Shown piece after piece: positions 1 to 10,574 of a stretch of DNA of 64,000 nt. The stretch is from positions 84,274 through 148,273 of the forward strand of contig JAMCPX010000008.1 in NCBI GenBank assembly GCA_023382265.1. Direction: 5' to 3'. Under the pieces are notes generated by a model that saw only the letters and a program-made list of their open reading frames with translations, searched no databases and was not told the origin of the DNA. The stretch comes from Deltaproteobacteria bacterium. Lineage in GTDB: Bacteria; JAMCPX01. The first letter of the stretch is position 1. Each line of letters opens with the position of its first letter. The position numbers and the translations under genes are program-made.

Positions 1-765
1 ATCCCTGTAAAAAGGGTCGTTACACTTGCTCCGTCAAACACGGATATTGTTTCTGCACTTGGCATGACATCCACTATTGTCGGTGCAAGCAATACGGATG
101 ATAATCCCCTTCCCAAAGACGTGAAAAGGGTTGGATTTATAAATCCATCAGTAGAAGAAATTGTTTCTTTGAACCCGCAGTTGGTTGTGGGAATTTACGG
201 GGAGAATATGATATGTAACAGGCTTGAGCATTTAAATATCCCTTGCATAATTCTATCACCCGATACCATTGATGGGGTAATGCACGATATAAGACTTGCC
301 GGCAGAATCTTTTCAACAAATGCTGCTGCATCCGTTATTGTAAATCAAATGAAACAACAAATAGACTGGATAGTTTCAAAGTTAAGCAGTTGCAAAACAA
401 CACCTCTTGTGTATTTTGAGATTGACGCATCTGATCCATCAAGGCCGTTTTCAGCAGGCAGTGGTAGTTTGATAGATACCCTTATAACAATGGCGCACGC
501 AAAAAACATTGCACATAATACAATAGATCAGTGGCCCCAACTTTCAACAGAATATATTATATCGAAAAATCCCGATATCATCATACTTGCAGATGGACTT
601 AATATAAATGCATTAAAACGGAGGCCAGGATGGCCAGAGATAAAGGCAATAAGGGAAAAAAGGGTTTATCATGTTAATCAAAACATTGTCTCAAGGCCGG
701 GACCTAACATTATAAAGGGATTTTTAGATATTGCGAAGATAATACATCCGGGGGTTTTTAAGTAA
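1..765 (+). CDS. ABC transporter substrate-binding protein, cobalamin/iron-siderophore (BtuF-like), 5'-truncated by the window edge
   Basis: Frame open from base 1 (IPVKRVVTLAPSNTDIVSALG...). PSVEEIVSLNPQLV, E..I..NPDIII and SRPGP motifs are typical of class III periplasmic binding proteins. Confidence 0.8.
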   Translation: MPVKRVVTLAPSNTDIVSALGMTSTIVGASNTDDNPLPKDVKRVGFINPSVEEIVSLNPQLVVGIYGENMICNRLEHLNIPCIILSPDTIDGVMHDIRLAGRIFSTNAAASVIVNQMKQQIDWIVSKLSSCKTTPLVYFEIDASDPSRPFSAGSGSLIDTLITMAHAKNIAHNTIDQWPQLSTEYIISKNPDIIILADGLNINALKRRPGWPEIKAIREKRVYHVNQNIVSRPGPNIIKGFLDIAKIIHPGVFK

Positions 766-868
766 AATATAATATATGCAAATTCTGCATAGCGTGTAAA
801 TATTTACAAATATACATTCCTGTACATTTACTAACTTATTGAAATCATTAATATTTTTTTTGTTTAAG

Positions 869-885
869 TTGGCATATTTCGTGCT
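869..885 (+). promoter_or_regulatory. Putative sigma54 -24/-12 promoter
   Basis: TTGGCATATTTCGTGCT has GG-N10-GC spacing, 27 bp before the ATG at 913. IHF-like TAACTTATTGAAA at 832-844 and two palindromes at 775-791 and 795-808 lie upstream. Confidence 0.6.
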
Positions 886-912
886 TTATTTGTATGTAAA
901 AGGGATATTCAG

Positions 913-1341
913 ATGATAAGAATACTAATAATTGATCATGATACAGCATTTGTTGATAAGATGGTATATTTGCTTAAATCAAGCAATGATGATCTTGAGC
1001 TATCGGTTGCTTATAATATAGAAGATGCGTTATCTGCGTCTGAAAAACAGATATTTGATATTGTTGTTATTGATATCAGATTGCCTGAAATGAAGGAGCT
1101 TTCAATCATTGATATTATTAAGAAAAATTGCGATACAACAGCAGTTATTGCAACCTCATCTTGTGGAGCGACAAAAGATTGTATGGGAGTTGCTTTTAAT
1201 CATGGTTCTATTTTCTATATTGAAAAACCATACAGTATGGAAAAGCTTGAGTATATGATTAATCTATCAAGTAAGAAAAGAAGGGCTACTCCAAATAAAC
1301 CGGAACGATTTACAGCAAACAGTACTGATCTATTGCACTAA
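913..1341 (+). CDS. Single-domain response regulator (receiver domain)
   Basis: ILIIDHD acidic pocket, DIVVIDIRLP phospho-Asp motif, YIEKP lysine motif; no output domain. Confidence 0.8.
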   Translation: MIRILIIDHDTAFVDKMVYLLKSSNDDLELSVAYNIEDALSASEKQIFDIVVIDIRLPEMKELSIIDIIKKNCDTTAVIATSSCGATKDCMGVAFNHGSIFYIEKPYSMEKLEYMINLSSKKRRATPNKPERFTANSTDLLH

Positions 1342-1500
1342 TGTTCACTCATTATAAAACAATACAAAAGATGTAACGGAGCAGTGCGATCTCTTTAACA
1401 ATTTTAACAGTATAAACGGTTTAAAACAAGCGGTCCATCCCCTGGAGGGGTACACCTTCCTCTTACAGGTTTCCATGTTTTTTTAGATGCACTATTTTAG

Positions 1501-2214
1501 TTAAATTTGTTTAATCTTGTTATATATAAAATCTGGTCTTATATTTAATGCTTTTATTACAGGGTAGCTTTCCCAGAATTCTATTATATTCACACACGCG
1601 TAATCTTGCTCTATCCTGAATAAATGTTCATAAGGTATACCTGTTAAATGGCACAGTATCACCCTGTTAACTCCGCCATGAGCAACAATAGCTATGTTAC
1701 CAGAGCTATGCTGAGAAAGCACCTGATGCAGTACATTGATTACCCGTTCGCTAACCTCTTTTATGCTCTCCCCGCCAACAGGTCTATTCTTAAAAGGATT
1801 ATTGGTCCATGCATTGAATGCCTCTGGATATTGCTGTTTAATACTATCAAATGTCATACCTTCCCACTTACCAAAGCTCATCTCCCTTAATTCTTTAAAA
1901 ATAAAAGGCTTTATCCTGTAAGGTGCTGCAATAATCTCTGCACTATCAAATGCCCTTTTTAATGGAGATACATATATAGCATCCAGCAAAAGCCCTGATT
2001 CCATCTGCTGTTGTGTATCTTTTTCAGTATCAACAGATATCTTTGGCCGAAGAGTTTCTGGTTTATGTAACAATATCTTATTAAAAAATCTTGATACCAC
2101 TTTTATCTGTTCAATACCATTTTTTGATAAAACAACGTCTATGCTGCCGGTATATTTCCGGAATTCGCTTCCTTCGATCTCTCCATGTCTTATCAAGTAT
2201 AATGTTAATGGCAT
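1501..2214 (-). CDS. Histidine phosphatase family protein (CobC/alpha-ribazole phosphatase-like)
   Basis: LIRHGE, SPLKRA, ELREMSFGKWEG, GGES and VAHGGVNR motifs. Confidence 0.8.
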   Translation of the reverse strand: MPLTLYLIRHGEIEGSEFRKYTGSIDVVLSKNGIEQIKVVSRFFNKILLHKPETLRPKISVDTEKDTQQQMESGLLLDAIYVSPLKRAFDSAEIIAAPYRIKPFIFKELREMSFGKWEGMTFDSIKQQYPEAFNAWTNNPFKNRPVGGESIKEVSERVINVLHQVLSQHSSGNIAIVAHGGVNRVILCHLTGIPYEHLFRIEQDYACVNIIEFWESYPVIKALNIRPDFIYNKIKQI

Positions 2215-2248
2215 ATAATATCTTTGTGTTGATCCGTTTACATATTTT

Positions 2249-4147
2249 TTATTTGCTGTCTGATTTAATGTTTATTGTTTTAAATCTTTTTATATAGACA
2301 TCAAGTATTGTAATAGCAGATGGAGTAATCCCGGAGATTCTTGATGCCTGACCAAGTGTTAATGGCTTGAATTTATTCAACTTTTCTTTAACTTCTGCTG
2401 ATAAGCCCGGAATAATACTAAAATTAAATTCCTCTGGTATTTTTATATCTTCTATCTTTTTAAATCGTTCCATATACTCCAGCTCTCTTTTTATATAGCC
2501 GTCGTATTTTATAGCCACTTCTATGGAATCCTTTAATATCCAGCTTGCACCCGCTAATGATGGTTCTAATCCTTCAATATGTTTCATTGTAACATTAGGC
2601 ATTTTAAGCAATTGATATAAGGTTATGGCCTCTCCCTTATCATTATACCCGGTTTGTTCAAATATAGCTTTTAATGGTTTTCCTGTTATCTTTTTTTGCT
2701 GTAGTGAGGTCATCGCTTCATTATATTGTTCCCTTTTTTCTACAAAATGCTTATAATCTGCGTCGCTTAAAAGCCCTATGTTTTTACCCATATCACTAAG
2801 CCGCATGTCCGCATTATCTTCTCTTAAAATAAGCCTGTACTCCGCCCTTGATGTAAACATCCTGTACGGCTCACTTGTTCCTTTTGTAACGAGATCATCT
2901 ATAAGTACGCCAATATAAGCTTGCTGCCTTGTGATGATCAAAGGTTCTTTATCTAAAACCTGCAAACCCGCATTAATACCTGCAACAATACCCTGCGCAG
3001 CAGCTTCCTCATAACCTGAGGTGCCATTGATCTGTCCTGCATGATAAAGCCCTTTTACAAGTTTTGTTTCGAGTGTTGGATATAGCTGTGTAGGGTTAAC
3101 AAAGTCATACTCTATTGCATACCCCGGCCTCATAATTTCTACCTGTTCAAGTCCTTTTATAGATCTGAGCATTTTTAATTGAATATCATAAGGCAGGCTT
3201 GTTGCCAGACCATTTGGATAGATTTCTTTTGTTTGGTAGCCCTCTGGCTCAAGAAATATCTGATGTCGTGGTTTGTCTTTAAATTTTACAACCTTATCTT
3301 CAACTGAAGGACAATACCTTGCCCCGGTACCCTTTATAATGCCCGTATATAGAGGAGAGCGATCCAGGCCGGATAAAATAAACGTATGCGTTTGTGCATT
3401 TGTGTACGTCATATAACATGAAACCTGCGGGTTTGTAATATACGCAGTTTTAAACGAAAACGGAATAGGCGGTTCATCCCCGGGCTGTTTTTCGAGCACT
3501 GAGAAATCTATGTTTTTTGCATCCAGTCTTGGGGTTGTTCCTGTTTTTAGTCTGCCTACCTCAAATCCAAGCTGTCTCAAACTGTCAGATATTCCTATTG
3601 AAGGAGGCTCTCCTGCCCTGCCTGCCGGGAAGCTTGTAAGCCCGATATGGATCAATCCATTTAAGAATGTTCCCGTTGTCAAGATAACTGTTTTTCCATA
3701 AAACACAAGCCCAATGGATGTTTCAACCCCTTTTATTCTACCCTGCTCTGTTATAAGCGAGATTACTGTTGCCTGTTTTAGATCAATGCCTTCCTGCTGT
3801 TCTATAATCGTTTTCATGTATGTTCTGTACATTACCCTGTCACACTGGCAGCGGTTCCCCCTTACTGCCGGGCCTTTGTTTGTGTTTAATCTTCTGAAGT
3901 GTATGCCGGCGTAATCCGATGCTATTGCCATCTCTCCACCAATCGCATCAATCTCACGAACAAGGTGACCCTTGGCCAATCCACCTATTGCAGGGTTGCA
4001 AGACATATAACCAACAGTATCAAGATTACCTGTAAGCAGTAACACCTTGCAGCCCATTTTTGCACCTGCCAGGGACGCCTCTATGCCTGCGTGGCCTGCG
4101 CCAACAACAATAACATCATAATATGTATCATAAATGATTTTTTTCAT
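2249..4147 (-). CDS. mnmG: tRNA uridine-5-carboxymethylaminomethyl(34) synthesis enzyme MnmG (GidA)
   Basis: [49 protein letters not shown] and [14 protein letters not shown] motifs. Confidence 0.97.
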   Translation of the reverse strand: MKKIIYDTYYDVIVVGAGHAGIEASLAGAKMGCKVLLLTGNLDTVGYMSCNPAIGGLAKGHLVREIDAIGGEMAIASDYAGIHFRRLNTNKGPAVRGNRCQCDRVMYRTYMKTIIEQQEGIDLKQATVISLITEQGRIKGVETSIGLVFYGKTVILTTGTFLNGLIHIGLTSFPAGRAGEPPSIGISDSLRQLGFEVGRLKTGTTPRLDAKNIDFSVLEKQPGDEPPIPFSFKTAYITNPQVSCYMTYTNAQTHTFILSGLDRSPLYTGIIKGTGARYCPSVEDKVVKFKDKPRHQIFLEPEGYQTKEIYPNGLATSLPYDIQLKMLRSIKGLEQVEIMRPGYAIEYDFVNPTQLYPTLETKLVKGLYHAGQINGTSGYEEAAAQGIVAGINAGLQVLDKEPLIITRQQAYIGVLIDDLVTKGTSEPYRMFTSRAEYRLILREDNADMRLSDMGKNIGLLSDADYKHFVEKREQYNEAMTSLQQKKITGKPLKAIFEQTGYNDKGEAITLYQLLKMPNVTMKHIEGLEPSLAGASWILKDSIEVAIKYDGYIKRELEYMERFKKIEDIKIPEEFNFSIIPGLSAEVKEKLNKFKPLTLGQASRISGITPSAITILDVYIKRFKTINIKSDSK

Positions 4148-4150
4148 AAG

Positions 4151-4166
4151 TGTTTCACATGAAACA
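4151..4166. promoter_or_regulatory. parS centromere-like site
   Basis: TGTTTCACATGAAACA, 15/16 match to the consensus TGTTTCACGTGAAACA, about 5 kb from dnaA. Confidence 0.85.
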
Positions 4167-4191
4167 TTTTAACCGTTGAATATGATTATAG

Positions 4192-4219
4192 ATTATAGCA
4201 CAGACCGTTTAATAATCAA
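4192..4219 (-). promoter_or_regulatory. Putative sigma70 promoter of mnmG
   Basis: Minus strand TTGATT-N16-TATAAT with an extended -10 (TGC TATAAT). Confidence 0.5.
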
Positions 4220-4334
4220 TCTTAAACTCAAAAATACAATAGGGAACCTTTTTATCCGTTTTTTTTAAATGTATTGTTTGGATTAACGAATATTACGCCC
4301 CTGTCATTACCACGAGAAGTTACATACAAACGCG

Positions 4335-5138
4335 TTAAATCTTTGACAAAAATGATAACATCAGGCTGTTTACCTTTTCTGGCGCTTCAAGACAGGTAAG
4401 ATGAGCCGCATCCTTTACAACCTCTACCCTTGCCCCTTTTATCTTCGCTGCCATTTTTTTTGCCTCTTCAACCGTTGTAAAAATATCTTTCTCTCCTACT
4501 ATGATCAAAACCGGACAGTCTATATTATGAAGCATTGACGTGGAATCCGATCTTTCCATCATACCCAGCGAGGCATTTGCTATTGCCCCTGGAGAAGTAC
4601 GGGATATTCCATCTCTTACAGTATGCACAATATCGGGTCTTATCTTTATGGTCGATGGCGCAAACAACTTTTCTGTCCATTCATCTGCAATCTTATCCAT
4701 CTCTCCGTTGCGCGCCCTTTGAGCCAGATTAATCCTTCCTTGTTTGCCTTGCTCAGAATCCACACCTGACCTTGTACCAAGCAGTATCATTGCCTTTACA
4801 TATGACGGGAACATCCTGTAGAATGTAAAAATAATGTACCCGCCCATTGAAATACCTGCAAACACGGCATTTTCAATGCCGAGAGTATAAAGCAGTTCCT
4901 TCAGGTCATGAGCGAACAGTTCCATAAAGTATGTACCTTCGGTGATCCCCGACTTACCGAATCCTCTCAGGTCAGGGGCTATGACTCTTGCCTTCGTACT
5001 AAGGGTCTCTATCTGCAAATCCCAGATATCCCCTGACAGGGGAAAACCATGAATAAGCATTACAGGCACACCCCTGCCTTGATCCCGATAAAACATACTG
5101 AAGCCGTTTATCTCTTTATAGGTCTCACTGCTATGCAT
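4335..5138 (-). CDS. Alpha/beta fold hydrolase
   Basis: LIHGFPL, APDLRGFG, nucleophile elbow GISMGG, GEKD and AAHL triad motifs. Confidence 0.85.
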   Translation of the reverse strand: MHSSETYKEINGFSMFYRDQGRGVPVMLIHGFPLSGDIWDLQIETLSTKARVIAPDLRGFGKSGITEGTYFMELFAHDLKELLYTLGIENAVFAGISMGGYIIFTFYRMFPSYVKAMILLGTRSGVDSEQGKQGRINLAQRARNGEMDKIADEWTEKLFAPSTIKIRPDIVHTVRDGISRTSPGAIANASLGMMERSDSTSMLHNIDCPVLIIVGEKDIFTTVEEAKKMAAKIKGARVEVVKDAAHLTCLEAPEKVNSLMLSFLSKI

Positions 5139-5186
5139 GCCACGTCATTCAAAATTCCGTATAATTCAATATCCGGAATTTTATTT

Positions 5187-5693
5187 TTATACCGCTTTCT
5201 TTAGTCCTTCTTCTCCAATATCCCTAAGTATTCTCAGTGCATCATCAATGTGCTTCTTAGGCATGAACTGGGATGAAAATATGTGTCTGATGATCCCTTT
5301 CTGGTCTATTATGTAAGTTACTCTGCCGGGTAACAAACCAAGGGTCTTTGGCACACCATAAAGCTTTCTTACTTTGCCTTCATTGTCGCTCAACAGAGTA
5401 AATGGCAGTTTGTAATGGGATGCGAAGCTTGTATGTGATTCTTTTGTGTCTGAACTGATACCGATCACCTCTGCACCTTCCTGCTTGAAAGCCTCGTAGC
5501 TGTCTCTGAAAGCACATGCCTCGGAAGTACACCCTGTTGTATAATCCCTGGGGTAGAAGTACAGCACAATGTTCTTTTTTCCGATGAGATCTTTAAGGTT
5601 AACCTTTTCGCCTGACTGTGACACAAGGGTGAAATCGGGGGCAGTATCGCCTATTTTTAGTTCCTTCTTTCCACTCGGTTTTTTTGAAGTCAT
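5187..5693 (-). CDS. bcp: Peroxiredoxin, BCP/PrxQ family
   Basis: LYFYPRDYTTGCTSEACAFRD (PxxxTxxC...C) motif. Confidence 0.88.
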   Translation of the reverse strand: MTSKKPSGKKELKIGDTAPDFTLVSQSGEKVNLKDLIGKKNIVLYFYPRDYTTGCTSEACAFRDSYEAFKQEGAEVIGISSDTKESHTSFASHYKLPFTLLSDNEGKVRKLYGVPKTLGLLPGRVTYIIDQKGIIRHIFSSQFMPKKHIDDALRILRDIGEEGLKKAV

Positions 5694-5887
5694 ATAGCAC
5701 CTCTTTTTACCATAATTATATTATAATCATTGACAGGAAGATTTTGTACATTGTTGAGGCTGTGCCGCCATCTTTTTTCCCCACATGAAGAGTGAGAAGC
5801 AATTTTGCACATTGTGTCAAAACCTCTATACAATGGGGACAATACCTTGATTAATCTTATTGCCCCAGTCTTAATAGTATTTTTGGA

Positions 5888-7450
5888 TCAATTCACATCG
5901 GAGATTTCAAGTATCCTGTCAATACGAAACGTTCTTGTTTCGTTACGCTCGTGGCAAAACGCCTCGATGCCCACATACTTCTTATCGAGATATGCCATCT
6001 CTCCTACAAAATGCGGCGTAATAACTCTTATGGATTTAATATCGTTATTTTTGAGGTAAACAATCTTAAGTTTTTTACCATCTTTAATGGCATTTTTTAT
6101 TAGAGCTATCTTATCATCCATGGAGCAGAGGTTATCGGACAGCCTATACTGAAAATCCGTTACAAACTTTACCACCCTCCAGTCTATAAAGATGTGCTTC
6201 TTTTCTACAGGTTTTTTTAAAACTATTCCATCAAGGCTGGTACACCTGCTAAGTGCAACATATATCTGGCCTGTGCTAAAAGTTCCCCTTCCAATATCTA
6301 TGACAACCCTTTCAAATGTCTTGCCCTGACTCTTATGAATAGTAACTGCCCATGCGAGCCTGAGAGGGTACTGTGTAAAAGATCCGACAACTTCGGATTC
6401 GATCTGTTTCTTATCCATATCGTACTGATAATTAAAAAGCTCCCACTTGTGAGGAACAACATCGACAATGTCCCCTGTTGAAAGCTCTACAGTTATAACA
6501 TCGATGTTTTCAGGATCCACGGTTATATCAGTTATCTTACCAATGCTGCCGTTTACCCACATGCCGGATGGCTCGTTGTTGAGGAGCATTACCTGAGCTC
6601 CTGCCTTTAACCGGAGTTCCATCTGAGTTGGAAGGGTTTCATCTTTAAAGTCCCCTGTTAATTCTCCCAGGTAGGTTACGGGCTCATTTTTGAGCAGCGT
6701 AAGATGATCAAGATTGATCTTATTGGCTGCTTCATTTGTTGATGTAAGCCAGATGAAAAAATCCTTCATGCTGGGATCGAAATCGGGTTTATATCTGCGG
6801 TTTAATATTTTTAATCCTTCCTCCGTTATTGAGTTATTACGAATAGTATTAAGCAGGTTGATGAAAGACTCGTCCCTCTGGCGGTAAACCTTTTCAAGCT
6901 CTATAAACTCCATATCAATCTCTTTCATTGCCCGTGCCTCGAAGAAGAAGGGGCTGTCGTACTGATGTTTAAAAACCTCTTTCTCCCCCTCTTTTACAAC
7001 AGGCGGAAGCTGGTATAAATCACCGATCAATATCATCTGAACGCCGCCAAACGGCTGGTTATGCTTGTTACCGTTGAACATAAGAAACTGAGCTATGCAA
7101 TCCATAAGATCGGCGCGTACCATTGAAACCTCATCAATGACAATTGCATCCAATTCCCTGTAAATATTATTATGTGCTTTTTTAATTTTCTTTACGGATT
7201 GAAGAGTAACCCCGGGTTTGAACCTAAAAAATGAGTGTATCGTCTGTCCTTTTACATTCAGTGCAGCCACGCCTGTAGGAGCAAGTACTACAATGTTTTT
7301 CTTTGTATTGTTACGAAAATAATCGAGAAGTGTTGATTTGCCCGTACCTGCCCTGCCTGTTATAAAGGCGTGCTTCGAGGTATTTTCCATTATATCTAAA
7401 GCTTTTTGAAACTGTTCATTTAGCTCAATGGGCTTTTTATATATTGTCAT
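5888..7450 (-). CDS. Pif1-family (SF1B) helicase with C-terminal WYL domain
   Basis: TGRAGTGKS, LAPTGVAA, IDEVSM, GDLYQLPPV, AWAVTIHKSQG and YVALSR motifs. C-terminal ~75 aa AIKDGKKLKIVY...RVITP...AFCHERNETRTFRIDRI is WYL-like. Confidence 0.88.
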   Translation of the reverse strand: MTIYKKPIELNEQFQKALDIMENTSKHAFITGRAGTGKSTLLDYFRNNTKKNIVVLAPTGVAALNVKGQTIHSFFRFKPGVTLQSVKKIKKAHNNIYRELDAIVIDEVSMVRADLMDCIAQFLMFNGNKHNQPFGGVQMILIGDLYQLPPVVKEGEKEVFKHQYDSPFFFEARAMKEIDMEFIELEKVYRQRDESFINLLNTIRNNSITEEGLKILNRRYKPDFDPSMKDFFIWLTSTNEAANKINLDHLTLLKNEPVTYLGELTGDFKDETLPTQMELRLKAGAQVMLLNNEPSGMWVNGSIGKITDITVDPENIDVITVELSTGDIVDVVPHKWELFNYQYDMDKKQIESEVVGSFTQYPLRLAWAVTIHKSQGKTFERVVIDIGRGTFSTGQIYVALSRCTSLDGIVLKKPVEKKHIFIDWRVVKFVTDFQYRLSDNLCSMDDKIALIKNAIKDGKKLKIVYLKNNDIKSIRVITPHFVGEMAYLDKKYVGIEAFCHERNETRTFRIDRILEISDVN

Positions 7451-7485
7451 TTTGCAATATTATTCTCTGTATTTTTTTGTTAAAA

Positions 7486-8877
7486 TCACTTTCCAATACA
7501 AAATTCGGAAAAGATCTTATCAAGTATATCTTCCGGCGTAATCTCACCGGTTAGCTCACTAATTGCCATTATAGCACTATCAACCTCTTCTGCTATAATT
7601 TCAGGAAAAGCCTGTTGAGCAAGTAATTCAATTGCATTTCTTAGTGCCAATTCAGTGTGTTCCATTGCTTGTTTATGTCTTTCTCTGCTTATAACAAGAT
7701 TACCCTCTATATCTGATTTTGTCTGATACAAAGAGATAGCACGTTCTAATTCATCCAGCCCCTGCTTTGTCTTTGCTGATATTGTAAATACCTGGTAAGG
7801 GCTGAATAGTGTTCTAATCCTTTTTATTTCTTCTATATCTTTACATACATCTATCTTATTAATAAGCACAATCACCTTCTGCATATCAATTCCTTGTATA
7901 ACTAAAAGCTCTTCTTCTAAGGATACTTTTTTTAAAGGATCTATTACTATTGCATTAATATCTGCCTGTTTTATCAATGTTTTTGTCATCTCAATCCCCA
8001 ACTTTTCAACAAGTTCCTCACTTTTTCTTAACCCGGCTGTATCTATCAATACAATCTTTTTACCCTGATAATTTATTGATTCCTGAATATAATCCCTTGT
8101 AGTGCCTGGATGTTCCGTGACAATCGCCCTACTCTCTCCTAACATAGCATTAAAGATACTGGATTTACCAACATTTGGCTTACCTATAAAAGCGACCTTT
8201 ATTCCTTCTTTTATTATTTTTGCGTGTTCATAACTATTTAATATATAAGCAGTCTCGTCATGAGCTGCCTGTAATATGATGCCTAATTCTAAAACCCCTT
8301 TTGGCTTTACATCTTCTTCTGGAAAATCAATCATTACTTCAAGATGTGATTTTACCTGTAAAAGCTTTTCTTTAATCCCTAGAATATACTCTGATAAAAG
8401 CCCTTTCAGATGACTCATTGCCTGCTGTCTTGAAGCTTCTGTATCAGACTTTATAAGATCCAGTACTGCCTCTGCTTGTAAAAGGTCCATCTTGCCGTTT
8501 AAAAATGCCCTTCTTGTAAATTCACCTTTTTGGGCAGGTCTTGCTCCGGCTTGTATTACCTGTTTTAAAACTGCCTGCATAACGCCGGAACTGCCGTGCG
8601 TATATATTTCAGCCATGTTTTCACCGGTATAGGTCTTCGGGCTTTTCATATATGCAAGCATTACGTTATCTATTGTTTTGCCTGATGTATCATTTATATC
8701 ACCATAATATAGTGAATGACTTTTAAAAGCTTTTACATGTTTTCTGGATTTAAATAAATTTTTTATAATGTGTAATGTAAGTTCCCCACTGATTCTAATT
8801 ATACCGATTGCCCCTTCTCCAGATGGCGTAGCAATGGCTGTAATTGTATCGCTATTAAAAAAGTCTTTTTTTTTCAT
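7486..8877 (-). CDS. mnmE: tRNA modification GTPase MnmE (TrmE)
   Basis: DTITAIATP, GEFTRRAFLNGKMDL, GKPNVGKSS, GTTRD, DTAG and C-terminal FCIGK. Confidence 0.97.
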   Translation of the reverse strand: MKKKDFFNSDTITAIATPSGEGAIGIIRISGELTLHIIKNLFKSRKHVKAFKSHSLYYGDINDTSGKTIDNVMLAYMKSPKTYTGENMAEIYTHGSSGVMQAVLKQVIQAGARPAQKGEFTRRAFLNGKMDLLQAEAVLDLIKSDTEASRQQAMSHLKGLLSEYILGIKEKLLQVKSHLEVMIDFPEEDVKPKGVLELGIILQAAHDETAYILNSYEHAKIIKEGIKVAFIGKPNVGKSSIFNAMLGESRAIVTEHPGTTRDYIQESINYQGKKIVLIDTAGLRKSEELVEKLGIEMTKTLIKQADINAIVIDPLKKVSLEEELLVIQGIDMQKVIVLINKIDVCKDIEEIKRIRTLFSPYQVFTISAKTKQGLDELERAISLYQTKSDIEGNLVISRERHKQAMEHTELALRNAIELLAQQAFPEIIAEEVDSAIMAISELTGEITPEDILDKIFSEFCIGK

Positions 8878-9269
8878 TAAAAAACAAAGCGGCCTTTCAT
8901 ATTTTTTATAATCTTCATTAATAAAAACTCATAATATTGACAATGTCAATATTTGGATAAAAATTGCTTGACAATGCCTATAAGGGGCATAATATAATTT
9001 ATGTATAATTTATGATTATCTTTATTTTTCAATAAGTTATATGGCTTTCTACAAGTTGTGGTTATGGATAATACTTATACTATATATTGGTTTTAAAAAG
9101 ATGAATTATAAATGTTTAAAAACACATAATACAGCTATATATCTAATTAAAAGATATAGCTTTTTTAGTTTTCCACAGGTGTGGAAAAAGTTGTGTGTAA
9201 CATTTTTTGATTTATTCTTTGATCTCAATAAGTTACAAACTGAATTATATGTTAATGATAGGTGAACGT
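8878..9269. other. oriC part 1 / dnaA promoter region with DnaA boxes
   Basis: Inverted DnaA-box pair TTTTCCACA-GG-TGTGGAAAA (9169-9188); TATGGATAA (9063-9071); IHF-like TTTCAATAAGTTA (~9027) and TCTCAATAAGTTA (~9223); very AT-rich. Confidence 0.8.
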
Positions 9270-10574
9270 ATGAAAACATGGGAAACTATAAAACAAACGC
9301 TTATAAATTTTTATAATGATTCAAGTGTTGATCCGTGGCTAAACACCTTAAATGTAATAAGTTTTGATAATAATTCTCTTATCATTAGTGTTCCTGATCA
9401 ATTTTCTTATGATTGGATTAAAAACCATTTTTTAAATGATATAATCCGCGTAGTAAGAGATATTAATGGTAATGAAATAGAGGTATCTCTTATTTTAGAG
9501 GATGGAAAGACCGATGAAATAATTAATATTGCACCTATCAAAGATAATAAGTTTATAGACAAAGCAGCAGAGTTACGTGAAAAATATTCCTTGGAAAATT
9601 TTGTAGAAGGTGAATGCAATAAGTTTGCATTTGCTGCTGCACAGGCGGTGGCTAAGGGGCCGGGGCATACATACAATCCTCTGTTTATCTATGGTGGCGT
9701 TGGCCTTGGTAAAACTCATCTTGTGAATGCAATAGGGAATCACATAAAAAAAGAATATAAACTTTATGTTATATATGTATCTGCAGAAGCTTTTGTAAAC
9801 GATCTCGTGCACCACTTAAAAACTAACAAGATGGATAGTTTTAGGGAAACATATAGAAATTGTGATGTACTGCTGATAGATGATATAGAGTTTATATCAA
9901 ATAAAGAAAAAACGCAGGAGGAAATTTTTCATACATTTAATAAGCTCTATGAAGAAAAAAAACAAATCGTATTTACATCAGACAGATTGCCTAAAGAGAT
10001 ACCCGGTATAGAGGAAAGGCTTAGAAGTAGATTTGAAATGGGACTTATCGCCGATATCCAGGCTCCCGATGTTGAAACAAAGGTAGCTATAGTGAAGAAA
10101 AAAGCAGAACAAAATAACATTGATATAGATGATGATATAGCATTCTTTCTTGCTTATAACACATTATCCAACATTCGAGAACTTGAAGGATATTTAACAA
10201 GGCTGTCAGCTTATGCCTACCTTACTAAAACAAAATTAAATATAAACGTAGCCAAAGAGGTACTGGCAAGTGTTATTAAAAAGAAAGATAAATGGGTTAC
10301 GATAGAAGATATACAAAAAGCTATATCTATATATTTTAAGATTAAAGTGTCTGATCTGAATTCCCAAAAGAGGATGAGATATATAGCGTATCCAAGACAA
10401 ATAGCCATGTATTTGGCTAGAACTCTAACAAATGCATCATTTCCTGAGATAGGTACACAATTCGGGAATAAAGACCATTCTACAGTTATTCATTCTGTAA
10501 ATAAAATAGATAACCTGTATAAAACTGATCAAAGTGTTAAAGATGTTATTGAAAAGATCAAAAAAGGACTTTAA
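9270..10574 (+). CDS. dnaA: Chromosomal replication initiator DnaA
   Basis: YNPLFIYGGVGLGKTHL, LLIDDIEF, RLRSRF and RQIAMYL...KDHSTV. ATG at 9270 follows AGGTGA. Confidence 0.98.
   Translation: MKTWETIKQTLINFYNDSSVDPWLNTLNVISFDNNSLIISVPDQFSYDWIKNHFLNDIIRVVRDINGNEIEVSLILEDGKTDEIINIAPIKDNKFIDKAAELREKYSLENFVEGECNKFAFAAAQAVAKGPGHTYNPLFIYGGVGLGKTHLVNAIGNHIKKEYKLYVIYVSAEAFVNDLVHHLKTNKMDSFRETYRNCDVLLIDDIEFISNKEKTQEEIFHTFNKLYEEKKQIVFTSDRLPKEIPGIEERLRSRFEMGLIADIQAPDVETKVAIVKKKAEQNNIDIDDDIAFFLAYNTLSNIRELEGYLTRLSAYAYLTKTKLNINVAKEVLASVIKKKDKWVTIEDIQKAISIYFKIKVSDLNSQKRMRYIAYPRQIAMYLARTLTNASFPEIGTQFGNKDHSTVIHSVNKIDNLYKTDQSVKDVIEKIKKGL

Noticed and set aside
9041..9265. 74-aa ORF upstream of dnaA, and the TTG extension of dnaA from 9207
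   Set aside because: They overlap DnaA boxes and IHF-like sites in AT-rich origin DNA and show no protein motif. The ATG at 9270 has an SD.
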